Numbered from the stretch's first letter, positions 45,285 through 55,702 are shown. The stretch is DNA of 64,000 nucleotides from Thermoplasmata archaeon (GCA_034667725.1 JAXDQS010000001.1:256001-320000); one strand, 5' to 3'. Translations and numbers: made by a program. The notes: a model not told the origin generated them from the letters alone.

Positions 45285-45977
45285 CTAGAACGTTGCGGCG
45301 GTGGCCTTGGGCGCCAGGGACTCGTGGACCGCCCGGGTGTCGGTGATGATGCAGTCGACGCCCATGGCGGCAAGCTCGCGGGCGCGGGGCACGTCGTTGA
45401 CCGTCCAGGTGCCCACCTTCAGGCCGGCGGCCCGGAAGCGCGCCATCTCGTCCGGGTCCAGGAAGTCGTGGTCGACGTTGATCCAGGCGCAGCCGGCCTG
45501 CAGGCACGCCTCCAGCTCTTGGTCGTCGACGGGGCCGAACGGGATGAACGCGCGGGCGACGGCGGGGGCGATGCGCTTGGCTTCCTGGAGGACGCGCAGG
45601 TCCATGCTGCTGACCAGGCAGCGCTGGGCGAGCTTCCGCTTCTCCGCCAGCTCCAGCATCGGGCGGGTGGCGGTGGCGGCCTTGACCTCGAGGTTGTAGA
45701 AGCCGTCCCACGCCTTGAGGGTCGTGAACAGGTCGGCGAGGCGGGGCACGTCGCCCACCTGCTGGACCTGCTGCCAAGTGGCGTCGGCAAGCGGGCCTTT
45801 GCCCATGGTCGTGCGGTCGAGGGTGGGGTCGTGCAGGATGACGACCTCGCCGTCCTTGGTGGTCCGCAGGTCCATCTCGACGGCCTGGAACCCGGCGGCC
45901 ACGGCGGCCCCGAAGGCGGCGAGGGTGTTCTCCGGCTTCTCGGCGGATAGACCTCGGTGGGCGCAGGCGAACGTCAT
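45285..45977 (-). CDS. Glycerophosphodiester phosphodiesterase
   Basis: AHRG....PENT, VEMDL..TKDG..VILHD.TLDRTT, NLEVK, WTVND, IITD. Confidence 0.9.
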   Translation of the reverse strand: MTFACAHRGLSAEKPENTLAAFGAAVAAGFQAVEMDLRTTKDGEVVILHDPTLDRTTMGKGPLADATWQQVQQVGDVPRLADLFTTLKAWDGFYNLEVKAATATRPMLELAEKRKLAQRCLVSSMDLRVLQEAKRIAPAVARAFIPFGPVDDQELEACLQAGCAWINVDHDFLDPDEMARFRAAGLKVGTWTVNDVPRARELAAMGVDCIITDTRAVHESLAPKATAATF

Positions 45978-46097
45978 CGGACGGGCAAGGATGGCGGCGA
46001 CTTGGCCCTTCCCTTGTCCCACCAGGAGAAAAGCCGGCCCCGTCCTCAGAAAGAGATTAAGGGCGCCCCATCTACGGCGCCTTAGGCGGTCCAACAG

Positions 46098-47273
46098 ATG
46101 ACGGCGGCTCCCTCCAAGAACGCGGGCAAGGGTCTCGAAGGCATCATCGCGGCGCGGTCGTCGATCTGCTTCATCGACGGCGACAAGGGCATCCTGTCCT
46201 ACCGGGGCTACGACATCAACGAGCTGGCGCCGAACGCGACCTTCGAGGAGACCACGTTCCTGCTGTGGGAGGGCCGCCTGCCCACCAAGCCGCAACTGGA
46301 GGAGTTCAACGCCCGCCTGGTGGCCAACCGCGAGCTGCCGCCGCTTGCGCTCAAGGTCCTCAAGGACGTCGCCAAGGCCATGGGCCCGATGGATGCGCTG
46401 CGCACCGTCGTCTCCGCCCTCGGCGCCGGCCGCAACGACGCCGACAAGTACAGCGTGGACGTGGACCGTCAGAAGGCCATCGAGACCACGGCGCAGCTTG
46501 CGACCATCGTGGCCTACTACCACCGCGTCCGCATGGACAAGGAGCTGGTCCACCCCGACCCGAAGCTCAGCCACGCGGCCAACTTCCTCTACATGCTGAC
46601 GGGCAAGAAGCCCACGCCGGCCGCCGAGCGCGCCTTCGACGTCGCCCTCGTGCTGCACGCCGACCACGACCTCAACGCCAGCACCTTCTCGGCCCGCGTC
46701 ACGGCGGCCACGCTGGCCGACTACCACGGCGCCATCACGTCCGCGGTCGGCACCCTCAAGGGCCCGCTCCACGGCGGCGCCAACATCGAGGTGATGAAGA
46801 TCCTCCTCGAGATCGAGGCGAGCCACGAGGACCCGACGGACTGGGTCGAGCACCAGCTCACCAAGAAGCGCAAGATCCCCGGCTTCGGCCACCGCGTCTA
46901 CAAGACCCTGGACCCGCGCGCCATCCACCTGGCGAAGCTCTCCAAGTCGCTGGGCGAGCAGGCCAAGGAGACCAAGTGGTACGAGATGAGCCTGAAGCTC
47001 CAGAAGGCGATGAAGGAGCAGAAGGGCATCGACGCCAACGTGGACTTCTTCTCGGCCTCCAGCTACTACGTCATGGGCATCCCGCTGGACCTGTACACGC
47101 CCATCTTCGCCATCAGCCGGGTCGCCGGCTGGTCGGCCCACGTGCTGGAGCAGCACGGCGACAACCGCCTCATCCGCCCGCTCTCGGACTACACCGGCGA
47201 GCTCAACAAGAAGTGGGCGCCGGCCGCGAAGCGCTCGGCCAGCGCGGTCGAGGCCAAGGTCAAGACGGCCTAA
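46098..47273 (+). CDS. Citrate / 2-methylcitrate synthase
   Basis: GLEG, LSYRGY, HADH..NASTF, GPLHGGAN, GFGHRVYK..DPR, NVDF. Confidence 0.93.
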   Translation: MTAAPSKNAGKGLEGIIAARSSICFIDGDKGILSYRGYDINELAPNATFEETTFLLWEGRLPTKPQLEEFNARLVANRELPPLALKVLKDVAKAMGPMDALRTVVSALGAGRNDADKYSVDVDRQKAIETTAQLATIVAYYHRVRMDKELVHPDPKLSHAANFLYMLTGKKPTPAAERAFDVALVLHADHDLNASTFSARVTAATLADYHGAITSAVGTLKGPLHGGANIEVMKILLEIEASHEDPTDWVEHQLTKKRKIPGFGHRVYKTLDPRAIHLAKLSKSLGEQAKETKWYEMSLKLQKAMKEQKGIDANVDFFSASSYYVMGIPLDLYTPIFAISRVAGWSAHVLEQHGDNRLIRPLSDYTGELNKKWAPAAKRSASAVEAKVKTA

Positions 47274-47305
47274 GCTTCAAGCGCGCCGGCCGCCCTGCTG
47301 CCCCC

Positions 47306-48715
47306 ATGCGCACTGCCCTGCTGGCGCTGGCCCTCTTGGTCGTGGCCGGTTGCACCGCCCCGGACGCCGACCCGCCCGCCCCGCCCGCCACGGCCGGCCC
47401 CGAGCCGTTCGTGCCGGCGGCGCCGACGTTCGACTTCTCGACCGTCGTGGACCCGGACCACGCAGGCCACACCGTGCCCGACCTGCACACCGCCGGCCAC
47501 GGCCTGGAGCAGGTCGGCCACACGGCCGTGCAGGACCTGCTGCCGCTTGGCGTCAAGGGCAGCATCACGCAGATCGACGTGCAGGGCGACCTGGCGGTCG
47601 TGTCCGGCCTCGACGGCGGCCTCGCGTTCGTGGTCGTCGACCTGTCGGACCTGCACGCCCCGAAGGCGGTGGGCTGGTATCCCTCGACGGCCAACGGCTG
47701 GACCGCGCGCCTCTCGGACGACGGCCAGTACGTGTTCTACGGCTGCCAGACGCTGGGCGAGCTGGGCGACCCCGAGGGCCACGTCCGCGGCACCTGCGAG
47801 GACCCCGACGCGGTCCACCCGCCCGGCAGCGACAACCCCGGCGGCGTGGTGGCCGTGGACATCCGCGACCCCGCCCACCCGACGTTCGTGGACTTCCTGC
47901 CGGTGGCCGGCAGCCACAACCTCCAGTACGCCTCGATCGACGGGGTGGACTACGTCTTCACCGCGAGCGTTGCCATCGTGCGCTTCGACCGCGCGGCCGG
48001 CGTGCTGGAGACGGTGGCCGAGGTCGACGGCGTGCATGACGTCACGGTGGCGCGCCACCCCGTCTCCGGAGCCCCGCTGCTGTTCACGGGCACCGGCGAG
48101 CTCTCGATCCACGACGTCAGCGACCCGACCAACCCCGTGCTGGTGTTCGAGGGCAACGGCACCGAAGGCTGGACCGGCTGGCACGACCAGGCCGTCGTCC
48201 CCGCCCTCGTGGACGGCCGCGCCATCCTGCTGCTGGCCGGCGAGACCGACAGCGACACCGGCGCCCTGGTGGACGGCGAGGGCAGCCAGCTTCCCGACGC
48301 CGTCTACGTCGTGGACATCACCAACGCCTCCACGCCCGTCCTGCTGGGCTCCTGGCAGCCGCCCTACGACCCGCTGCTCCCCTGGGCCGGCTACCAGTAC
48401 AGCGTCCACGAGATGGCCGCCACCTCGACGGGCCAGGTCGCCATCGCCTGGTACCACGCCGGCGCCTGGGTCATCGACGTCTCGACCCTGGTCCGCCAAG
48501 CCCAGCCCGTCACGCTGGCCGCGTTCCAGCCGCACGAGCCGGTCTCGGCGCTGCCGCCCAGCACGTTCCCGCTGGCGCCGGTGCCCTACACGCCGTTCGT
48601 CTGGGGCGTCGCCTGGCACCGCAGCGGCCACCTCGTCGTCCCCGACGCCCACACCGGCCTCTACGTCCTTGCGCCCGAGTGGGGGCTGATCCCGACCCTC
48701 GACGGCGGGCAGTAG
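47306..48715 (+). CDS. LVIVD-repeat beta-propeller lipoprotein
   Basis: Lipobox VAGC; repeated VVD(L/I)(S/R/T)DP..P motifs; AWYHAG..VIDVS. Confidence 0.8.
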   Translation: MRTALLALALLVVAGCTAPDADPPAPPATAGPEPFVPAAPTFDFSTVVDPDHAGHTVPDLHTAGHGLEQVGHTAVQDLLPLGVKGSITQIDVQGDLAVVSGLDGGLAFVVVDLSDLHAPKAVGWYPSTANGWTARLSDDGQYVFYGCQTLGELGDPEGHVRGTCEDPDAVHPPGSDNPGGVVAVDIRDPAHPTFVDFLPVAGSHNLQYASIDGVDYVFTASVAIVRFDRAAGVLETVAEVDGVHDVTVARHPVSGAPLLFTGTGELSIHDVSDPTNPVLVFEGNGTEGWTGWHDQAVVPALVDGRAILLLAGETDSDTGALVDGEGSQLPDAVYVVDITNASTPVLLGSWQPPYDPLLPWAGYQYSVHEMAATSTGQVAIAWYHAGAWVIDVSTLVRQAQPVTLAAFQPHEPVSALPPSTFPLAPVPYTPFVWGVAWHRSGHLVVPDAHTGLYVLAPEWGLIPTLDGGQ

Positions 48716-48717
48716 GG

Positions 48718-49167
48718 TTGCTCCGGCCCGCGACCCTCGCCGACCTGCCGTTGCTGGCCCGCCACCGCCGCGCCATGTGGGAGGCCATGGGCACGCTGGC
48801 CCCTGGCGCGCCCGACGCGAGCGAGGCGAACTATGCCCGCTGGCTGGCCGACGGCATGGCGTCCGGCGCGGTCGTCGGCTGGGTGGCCGAGGGGGACCAA
48901 GGCAGCGGGCTGCTGTGGTTCCAGCCCTGGCACCCGCGGCCCCACATCCCGCAAGGCACCATCCCCTACCTGCTGTCGGTATTCGTGGAGCCCGCCGCCC
49001 GCGGCCAAGGCATCGCCCGCGCCATCGCCGAGGCCGCCATCGCCGCCACGCAGGCCGCTGGGCACCCTCGCCTGGCGCTGCACGCCTCCGAGGCCGGCCG
49101 GCCCGTCTATGCTGCCCTCGGGTTCCGGCCAGGCCGCGAGATGACGCTCGACGTCGCGAAGCCTTGA
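48718..49167 (+). CDS. GNAT N-acetyltransferase
   Basis: VFVEPAARGQGIA; LHASEAGRPVYAALGF. Confidence 0.85.
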   Translation: MLRPATLADLPLLARHRRAMWEAMGTLAPGAPDASEANYARWLADGMASGAVVGWVAEGDQGSGLLWFQPWHPRPHIPQGTIPYLLSVFVEPAARGQGIARAIAEAAIAATQAAGHPRLALHASEAGRPVYAALGFRPGREMTLDVAKP

Positions 49168-49187
49168 AGGCCCACGCCCGTGCCGGC

Positions 49188-49628
49188 ATGATGCCCGCGG
49201 AGTCAATGCCCGACCGGATCCAGGCGATGTTCGCCGGCACCCACCCCAGCCCCGCCTACGACCGCCACATGGGCTTCCGCCTCGTGTCCTGGAGCCCCCA
49301 GGGCGCCGTCGTGGAGGCCGAGGCCGGCGGCCACTTCACCAACCCCGCGGGCGTCCTGCACGGCGGAGTGCTCGCCGGCCTCGCTGACTCCGCCATGGGC
49401 CTCACGACGCTCGGGCTCGTGGCCCCGGGCGAGTCCACCACCAACACCGACCTGCACATCCGGTTCCTGCGGCCCACCACGGCCGGCACGCTGCGCGCCA
49501 CGGCGCGGGTGCTGCGGCGCGGCCGCCGCACCATGGCCCTGGAGTGCGACGTGGCCGACGAGCAGGGCCGGCTGGTGGCGCGGGCCAGCAGCAGCTTCCT
49601 GGTCCTGGCCGACGGCGCCGCGCGGTAG
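49188..49628 (+). CDS. PaaI-family thioesterase
   Basis: NPAGVLHGG...LADSAMG; IRFLRP. Confidence 0.88.
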   Translation: MMPAESMPDRIQAMFAGTHPSPAYDRHMGFRLVSWSPQGAVVEAEAGGHFTNPAGVLHGGVLAGLADSAMGLTTLGLVAPGESTTNTDLHIRFLRPTTAGTLRATARVLRRGRRTMALECDVADEQGRLVARASSSFLVLADGAAR

Positions 49629-49658
49629 TTGCGGCCCCGGCCCATTTTGGCCAACGAG

Positions 49659-49670
49659 CTTTAATAAAAG
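49659..49670 (+). promoter_or_regulatory. TATA-like box of the eCIS operon
   Basis: CTTTAATAAAAG, the only AT-rich patch in the gap, about 70 nt before ATG 49738. Confidence 0.55.
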
Positions 49671-49737
49671 ACACGGATGGAACTGTCCCCCCTCCGGGCC
49701 TGACGGCCTGGCGCGCGGGCCCCAGGCAGGCCGACCC

Positions 49738-51951
49738 ATGCCCACCACCCCCAGCTACCCAGGAGTCTACATCGAGGAGGTGCCCAGCGACGTCAAGACC
49801 ATCGTGGGCGTCGCGACCGCCCGCACCGCCTTCGTCGGCCGCGCCCTGCGCGGGCCGCTGGACGAGCCGGTGCGCATCACCAGCTTCGGCGACTTCGAGC
49901 GCCGCTTCGGCGGCCTGTGGCGCGCGAGCACGCTTGGCTACGCCGTCCGGCAGTACTTCCAGAACGGCGGCGGCGACGCGGTCATCGTCCGGGTCTCGAA
50001 TCCCGAACCGCAGAAGGACGCCAACGGCAACGTGCTGGTCGCGGAACACGCCACCGCCACCGCCTCGCTCGGCCAGGCCACCACCGTGCGCTTCGAGGCG
50101 GCCACCGCGGGCGCCGGCGGCAACGGCATCACCGTCGCCATCTCGCGCAGCAGCGTGGCGGGCCAAGCCAACGACCCGGCCCGGTTCGACGCGGCCGTCA
50201 CCGGCACCGACTCAAACGGCCACCCGGACACCCGCCAGTTCGCGGGCCGCACCCTTGCCCAGCTCCAAGGCAACCTGGCCAACGCCCAGTCCTACGTCAC
50301 AATGCCCAGCGCTCCCGCAGGGGTCCTGCTGGAGCGCGCCACCGCCACGCTGGCAGGCGGCGCCGATGCCGTGGCCGCCTGGCAGGAGCTGAAGGCCGGT
50401 GCCAGCCCCGTCGCCATCCTGGAGGCCGTGACGCCCGGCGTGGCCGGCAACACCATCGCCGTCACCGTCGGCACCGCCACCGACGGCACCGGCGCCAAGT
50501 TCAACCTCACCATCTCCCAAGGCGCCACCTCGGTGGAGCTCGAGGACCAGACGGCCGCCACCCTGGGCGCCGCCATCGCGGCCGACGCGACCGCCCAGGG
50601 CCTTGTCCGGCTTGCGACCGATTCTCCGACCAATCCGGTCGGCCGCCCGCCCAACGGCGGCCCGACGCCGCTTGCCGGCGGCGCCGACGCCAAGCCCGCG
50701 GGCGTGGACGCTGTTGGCTACGCCGACCCGCCGGGCGTCATGAAGCTCGAGGCCGCCAACCCCGGCCTCTGGGGCAACAGGCTGACGGCCACGGTGAACC
50801 ACAAGGGCGAGCAGGCCGTCGCCGACGCCAAGAAGTTCAACCTGCTGCTGGAGGAGCGGGACGGCCGCGGCGACGTGGTGGCGCTCGAGGCGCACCTCAA
50901 CGTCTCCGTGGACTCCGGCGACAAGCGGCGCGTCGACCGCGTCCTTGCGACCCAGTCGGCCTTTGCGCGCCTCGTGGACGGATTGCCCGCCGAGCGTCCG
51001 CCGGAGCGCACCCTGCTATGGTTCGCGGGCGGCGCCGACGGCCCCGACATCACGGACGCCCTGCTGCAGGGCAGCCCAGGCACCAAGACCGGCCTGTTCG
51101 CGCTCGAGAAGGAGGACCTGTTCAACATCCTCTGCATCCCGCCGCCCACCCGCGAGGGCGACGTCAAGGAGGCGACCTGGACGGTGGCGATGGGCTACTG
51201 CGAGAAGCGCCGCGCCATGCTGCTGGTGGACCCGCCGCGCGACGTGGAGAGCGTCGATGCGGCTCGCGCGGCCCTCGACTCGGGCCTCTTCAGCAAGCTG
51301 CGCCACCCGAACGTGGTGTTCAACTTCCCGCTGCTGGAGATGCCGGACCCGCTCATGGAGGACCGGCCCGAGAAGTTCGTCCCGAGCGCCGCCGTCGCGG
51401 GCCTCTACGCCCGCACCGACGCCGCCCGCGGCGTCTGGAAGGCCCCCGCCGGCCAGGAAGCCAGCCTGCGCGGCGTCCACAAGCTCGCCGTCAAGCTCAC
51501 CGACCCCGAACACGGCTACCTCAACCCGCTCGGCCTCAACTGCGCCCGCACCTTCCCGGTGACGGGCACGGTGATGTGGGGCGCGCGCACCAGCCGCGGC
51601 GCCGACCAGCTTGCCTCCGAGTGGAAGTACGTCCCCGTGCGCCGCACCGCGCTCTACATCGAGGAGACCCTGTTCCGCGGCACGCAATGGGTCGTGTTCG
51701 AGCCCAACGACGAGGACCTGTGGGCGCAAATCCGCCTCAACGTCGGCGCCTTCATGCACGACCTGTTCCGCAAGGGCGCGTTCCAGGGCGCCAGCGCCAA
51801 GGACGCCTACTTCGTCAAGTGCGACGGCGAGTCCACGCCCCAATCGGACATCGACAAGGGCATCGTCAACATCCTGGTGGGGTTCGCCCCGCTCAAGCCC
51901 GCCGAGTTCGTGTTCGTCAAACTCAGCCAGATGACCAAGCGAGGTGCCTAG
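49738..51951 (+). CDS. Contractile tail sheath protein (eCIS, Afp2/3/4-like)
   Basis: YPGVYIEE, TAFVG..RGP, YFQNGG, RGVWKAPA, WGART, WKYVPVRR, VFEPN, PLKPAEF. Confidence 0.95.
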   Translation: MPTTPSYPGVYIEEVPSDVKTIVGVATARTAFVGRALRGPLDEPVRITSFGDFERRFGGLWRASTLGYAVRQYFQNGGGDAVIVRVSNPEPQKDANGNVLVAEHATATASLGQATTVRFEAATAGAGGNGITVAISRSSVAGQANDPARFDAAVTGTDSNGHPDTRQFAGRTLAQLQGNLANAQSYVTMPSAPAGVLLERATATLAGGADAVAAWQELKAGASPVAILEAVTPGVAGNTIAVTVGTATDGTGAKFNLTISQGATSVELEDQTAATLGAAIAADATAQGLVRLATDSPTNPVGRPPNGGPTPLAGGADAKPAGVDAVGYADPPGVMKLEAANPGLWGNRLTATVNHKGEQAVADAKKFNLLLEERDGRGDVVALEAHLNVSVDSGDKRRVDRVLATQSAFARLVDGLPAERPPERTLLWFAGGADGPDITDALLQGSPGTKTGLFALEKEDLFNILCIPPPTREGDVKEATWTVAMGYCEKRRAMLLVDPPRDVESVDAARAALDSGLFSKLRHPNVVFNFPLLEMPDPLMEDRPEKFVPSAAVAGLYARTDAARGVWKAPAGQEASLRGVHKLAVKLTDPEHGYLNPLGLNCARTFPVTGTVMWGARTSRGADQLASEWKYVPVRRTALYIEETLFRGTQWVVFEPNDEDLWAQIRLNVGAFMHDLFRKGAFQGASAKDAYFVKCDGESTPQSDIDKGIVNILVGFAPLKPAEFVFVKLSQMTKRGA

Positions 51952-51952
51952 A

Positions 51953-52477
51953 ATGGTTCAGTTCAGCGTCAACAGCCACCGGTTCGACCCGTACAAGAAC
52001 TTCAAGTTCAAGGTGAAGTGGGACGGCGAGTACGTCGCCGGCATCAGCAAGGTCAGCGCCCTCAAGCGCACCACCGAGGTCGTCGAGCACCGCGAAGGCG
52101 GCGACCCCTCGAGCGGCCGCAAGAGCCCCGGCCGCACCAAGTTCGAGCCCATCACGCTGGAGCGCGGCGTCACCCACGACAAGGAGTTCGAGCAGTGGGC
52201 CAACAAGGTGTGGAACATCACCGGCGGCACCAGCGCCGAGACCAGCCTCAAGGACTTCCGCAAGGACCTGGTCATCGACGTATTCAACGAGGCCGGCCAG
52301 AAGGTGGTGTCCTACCGCGTCTACCGCGCCTGGGTGTCCGAGTTCCAGGCCCAGGCCGACCTCGACGCCAACGCCAACGCCGTCCTGATCCAGAGCATCA
52401 AGCTGGAGAACGAAGGCTGGCTGCGCGACGACGCCGTGGCCGAGCCCACCGAAGGCAGCTTCGTCCTGCCCGAGTGA
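51953..52477 (+). CDS. Tail tube protein (T4 gp19 / Afp1/5-like)
   Basis: DPYKNFKFKV, EHREGG, KSPGRTKFEPITLERG, FRKD, LENEG. Confidence 0.93.
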   Translation: MVQFSVNSHRFDPYKNFKFKVKWDGEYVAGISKVSALKRTTEVVEHREGGDPSSGRKSPGRTKFEPITLERGVTHDKEFEQWANKVWNITGGTSAETSLKDFRKDLVIDVFNEAGQKVVSYRVYRAWVSEFQAQADLDANANAVLIQSIKLENEGWLRDDAVAEPTEGSFVLPE

Positions 52478-53259
52478 GCCGCGTGGCGGGCGTGACGGTC
52501 CGTGTGCCGCACGGACTCTGGGACGACGGGGCTTGCCACAGGCAGGCCGTGCTGCACCCGCCCGGCTGGGAGGCCGTCGCCGCCTTGGCCGGCGCGGACC
52601 ACCTGCCGGCGGCGGCGTGGACGACCCAGGTCCTGGCCGCCTGCGTCGAGCCGTTGCCGGGCCGCGACGTCCTGGCGACCGCCGCGGCATGGACCCTCGG
52701 CGACCGTGCCGCGCTGCTCCTGGAGGTCCACCGCCTGCTGACGGGCGGCCCGCTCGCCATCGTCGCCGACTGCCCGTCCTGCAAGGCCACCATGGAGGCC
52801 GAGCTCGGCCCCGACGACCTGCGGCCGCCCGAGCGCGCCTCCAGCCCTTGGCACGACACCACCGTCGCAGGCGTCCGGGTGCGGTTCCGCGTCCCGACCG
52901 GCGCCGACCTGGAGGCCGCCGACGGCACGGCGGGCGCGCTGCTGCGGCGCATCGTGCTGGCGCAGGACGGCGACGTGCCGGCGGACCTGCTGGAGGCGCA
53001 CCTGTCCGACCAGGTGGCCGAGCTGGACCCGCAAGCCGAGATCCTGCTCGCGTTGGCGTGCCCCGCGTGCGCCGCCCCCGTGGACGCCCTGCTGGACCCC
53101 GTCGTCCACGTGCGCGCCGACCTCGCCCGCGCCGCCGAGCGCACCGCGCTGGAGGTCCATGGCCTCGCGCGCCACTACGGCTGGAGCGAGCAGGCCATCC
53201 TCGCGCTGCCGGCCGAGCGCCGGGCCCGCTACCTCGCCTTGGTCGGGGAGGCGCCATGA
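52474..53259 (+). CDS. Tail/baseplate assembly chaperone-like protein
   Basis: Two CPxC pairs, RFRVPTGADL, EVH.LA.HYGWSE..IL.LP..RR.RY. Confidence 0.7.
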   Translation: MSRVAGVTVRVPHGLWDDGACHRQAVLHPPGWEAVAALAGADHLPAAAWTTQVLAACVEPLPGRDVLATAAAWTLGDRAALLLEVHRLLTGGPLAIVADCPSCKATMEAELGPDDLRPPERASSPWHDTTVAGVRVRFRVPTGADLEAADGTAGALLRRIVLAQDGDVPADLLEAHLSDQVAELDPQAEILLALACPACAAPVDALLDPVVHVRADLARAAERTALEVHGLARHYGWSEQAILALPAERRARYLALVGEAP

Positions 53260-54362
53260 GCCTGCTCGCCCGCCTGGCGGCCCGCGGCGCCACCCCCGTC
53301 CGCGCCCTTGGCCGGGCGGCGCCTGCCGGCGCGCCCTGGGCCGCGGGCGCGGCGGAGGCGCCGGCGGCCGCGCCAGCCCCGGTGTCCACGCCAGCCCCAG
53401 CGCAGGCTGTCGTGCCCCGGACGCCTGTGCCTGAGCCTGCCCCCGTCCCTGGGATGTTGGCCGTCCCGGCGCAGGCAGCGCCGCCGGTGCCGTCGCCGCT
53501 TGCGGCCCCAACGGTCCCAGCGGGGCAAGCGGAGCCGGCGAGCGTGGCGGCCCTGGCCGCGCCGACGCCAACGGCGATGGCCATGCCGGCGCCGGAAATC
53601 GGCGGCGTGGACCCGCCTGCGCCGGCCGCGGTCGCGGCGGCGGCGCCCGCGCCGCGCCGGCAGGCCGGCCCGGCGCCCGCCGTCCAACCGCAACCCGGCC
53701 GGGCGGTCGCCACCGTTGCGGTGCCTGCCATAGCAAGCCGGCCGCAACCTAGCTTCAGGGAGGCGGCTGAGCGGGTAGAACAGTCGGGTCGCGCGGAACG
53801 CGCCGAACCCGCGGAACGCTCCGAGCGTGCCGAGCCTGCCGAGCGCGTCGAACGTGCCGAACGTTCCGAGCGCATCGACCCGCCCGCGCAGGCCCCGACG
53901 CCCGCCGGTCGCGTCGTGGCCAAGCCCACGCCGACGCCAGCGCCGAAGTCACCGCCGATGCCACCGCCGATGCTGGTGCCGACGCGGGCCGCCCCGCCCA
54001 CGCCGTCCGCGCCTGCGCTGCCGGCTCCCGCCAAGCCCACGCCCATGGCCGCGCCGGCCGCGCCTCCCGCACCGCGCCCAGCCGCCGTGGCCGCCCGGCC
54101 CGCCCCGGTCGCTGCTCGGCCGGCGCCGCCGTCCATGCCCGTCGCGCCCTGGGCGGCCGCGGCCGGCCGCGCCGCGGCTGCGCCGCCGGCGGCGGCCGGG
54201 GCGTCGCAGGCCCGGCCGCAAGTCCACGTGCGCATCGGGTCGGTCGAGCTGCGCGCGCCGCCCGCCGCGCCGGCGCCCGCGGCGCCGGCCCGCGCGCCGG
54301 CGGCGGCGCCCGACTTGGGCGGCTACGCGGCGCTGCGCAGCCATGCCTGGGGGGACCCTTGA
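53256..54362 (+). CDS. Pro/Ala-rich disordered eCIS-associated protein
   Basis: ATGA coupling; AER(A/S/V)E repeats at about 53765-53875; C-terminal VHVRIGSVELRA strand. Confidence 0.6.
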   Translation: MSLLARLAARGATPVRALGRAAPAGAPWAAGAAEAPAAAPAPVSTPAPAQAVVPRTPVPEPAPVPGMLAVPAQAAPPVPSPLAAPTVPAGQAEPASVAALAAPTPTAMAMPAPEIGGVDPPAPAAVAAAAPAPRRQAGPAPAVQPQPGRAVATVAVPAIASRPQPSFREAAERVEQSGRAERAEPAERSERAEPAERVERAERSERIDPPAQAPTPAGRVVAKPTPTPAPKSPPMPPPMLVPTRAAPPTPSAPALPAPAKPTPMAAPAAPPAPRPAAVAARPAPVAARPAPPSMPVAPWAAAAGRAAAAPPAAAGASQARPQVHVRIGSVELRAPPAAPAPAAPARAPAAAPDLGGYAALRSHAWGDP

Positions 54363-55702
54363 TGCTCCAGCAGCAGCACCAGATGCTGTCGGCGGTGACG
54401 CACACGCTGACGGAGCTGCTGAAGAAGCGCATGGCCAACCCGCCGGGGACCATCCAGAGCCTGCCGCCGGACGTCCAGGTCAAGGACCCGCCGGGGCCGA
54501 AGCGCCTCAACCTGTTCCTCTACCGCGTCGTCGAGAACCCGTTCTTGAAGAACCACGACGCCGGCGCGTCCGCGGGCAGCTTCGGCCGGCCGCCCCTGAG
54601 CCTCGACCTGCACTTCCTCATGACGGCGTACGGCGGCAGCGACGAGGACAGCAAGGGCGCCCAGGAGATCCTCGGCGACGCCATGGCGGTGTTCCACGAC
54701 CACGCCATCGTGCGCGCGTCCGACCCGGCGTACGCCGACGTGCGCGACCCGTTGCTGGACGACGCGTTCGAGCATGTCCGCATCGGCCTGGAGCCCATCA
54801 CGACGGAGGACCTGACGAAGGTGTGGACCTCGCTCACGGTCCCGTACCGCCTGTCGGTCGCCTACGTGGTCACCGTGGCGCAGATCAAGAGCCGCACGCC
54901 CCGCAAGGCCGCGCCGCTGGTGCGCGGCGGCGACCGCGATTCCCGGCCGCTCTCGGGCCACGACGGGACCCCGGCGGCGGAGCTGGCGCGGATGGAGGGC
55001 CGCCGCCTCCAGGTGACGGCGTTCGAGCCGCCGGTGCTGGAGTCGGTGATGGTGCTGCGTCCCGGCGACCTGGACGACGCGCCGCCGCACGTGGCTTACG
55101 CCGCCATCGGCGACCGGCTGGTGCTGCGCGGCCGGAACCTCGGGCGGCCCCAAGCCGAGGGCGGGCAGCCCGCGTTCGTGCAGGTGGGCCCGCTCCGGCT
55201 CGCCGTGCCGCCGGCCACGCACGCGCCCAACCGCATCGTGATGCCGCTGCCCGACGACCCGGCCTTGCAAGCGGGGCCATGCAGCGTCCACGTCGCCGTC
55301 GAGCAGGGCAGCGGTCGCCTCCTGACCACCAACCGCCGGCCGGTGCTCGTCATCCCGTTCGTGGAGTCGGCGTGGAAGACGACGGCGCAGGTGCCCGACG
55401 AGGACAACCCCGCGCCGCCGGGCCAGCCGCAGCCGCAGAAGACCGTCGACGCCGTGGGCGTGCGCGGCACCCGGCTGTTCCGTCCGGGCGTCGAGTGCAG
55501 CACCATCCTGAGCGCCCCCGGCGGCGCGACCATCCAGGTCCCGGGCGAGCGCTACCTCGAGTGGCAGCCCGGCGGCGCCGGCCAGCCGCAGGAGATCCTG
55601 GTCCCGCTGCCGGCCGGCGTCGACGCCGCCGGCATGGGCGTCCGCGTCCTGGTGGACGGCCACGAGAACCTGCCCCGCCCCGGCCTGGAGGTGGCGCCGT
55701 GA
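54362..55702 (+). CDS. DUF4255/Pvc16-like cap (tail terminator) with C-terminal Ig-like extension
   Basis: RLNLFLYRVVENP, PPLSLDLHFLMTAY, PYRLSVAYVV. Confidence 0.85.
   Translation: MLQQQHQMLSAVTHTLTELLKKRMANPPGTIQSLPPDVQVKDPPGPKRLNLFLYRVVENPFLKNHDAGASAGSFGRPPLSLDLHFLMTAYGGSDEDSKGAQEILGDAMAVFHDHAIVRASDPAYADVRDPLLDDAFEHVRIGLEPITTEDLTKVWTSLTVPYRLSVAYVVTVAQIKSRTPRKAAPLVRGGDRDSRPLSGHDGTPAAELARMEGRRLQVTAFEPPVLESVMVLRPGDLDDAPPHVAYAAIGDRLVLRGRNLGRPQAEGGQPAFVQVGPLRLAVPPATHAPNRIVMPLPDDPALQAGPCSVHVAVEQGSGRLLTTNRRPVLVIPFVESAWKTTAQVPDEDNPAPPGQPQPQKTVDAVGVRGTRLFRPGVECSTILSAPGGATIQVPGERYLEWQPGGAGQPQEILVPLPAGVDAAGMGVRVLVDGHENLPRPGLEVAP

Noticed and set aside
46098-47273. Specific prpC versus citZ assignment
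   Set aside because: Motifs visible by eye do not discriminate the two, and no prpB/prpD is nearby.
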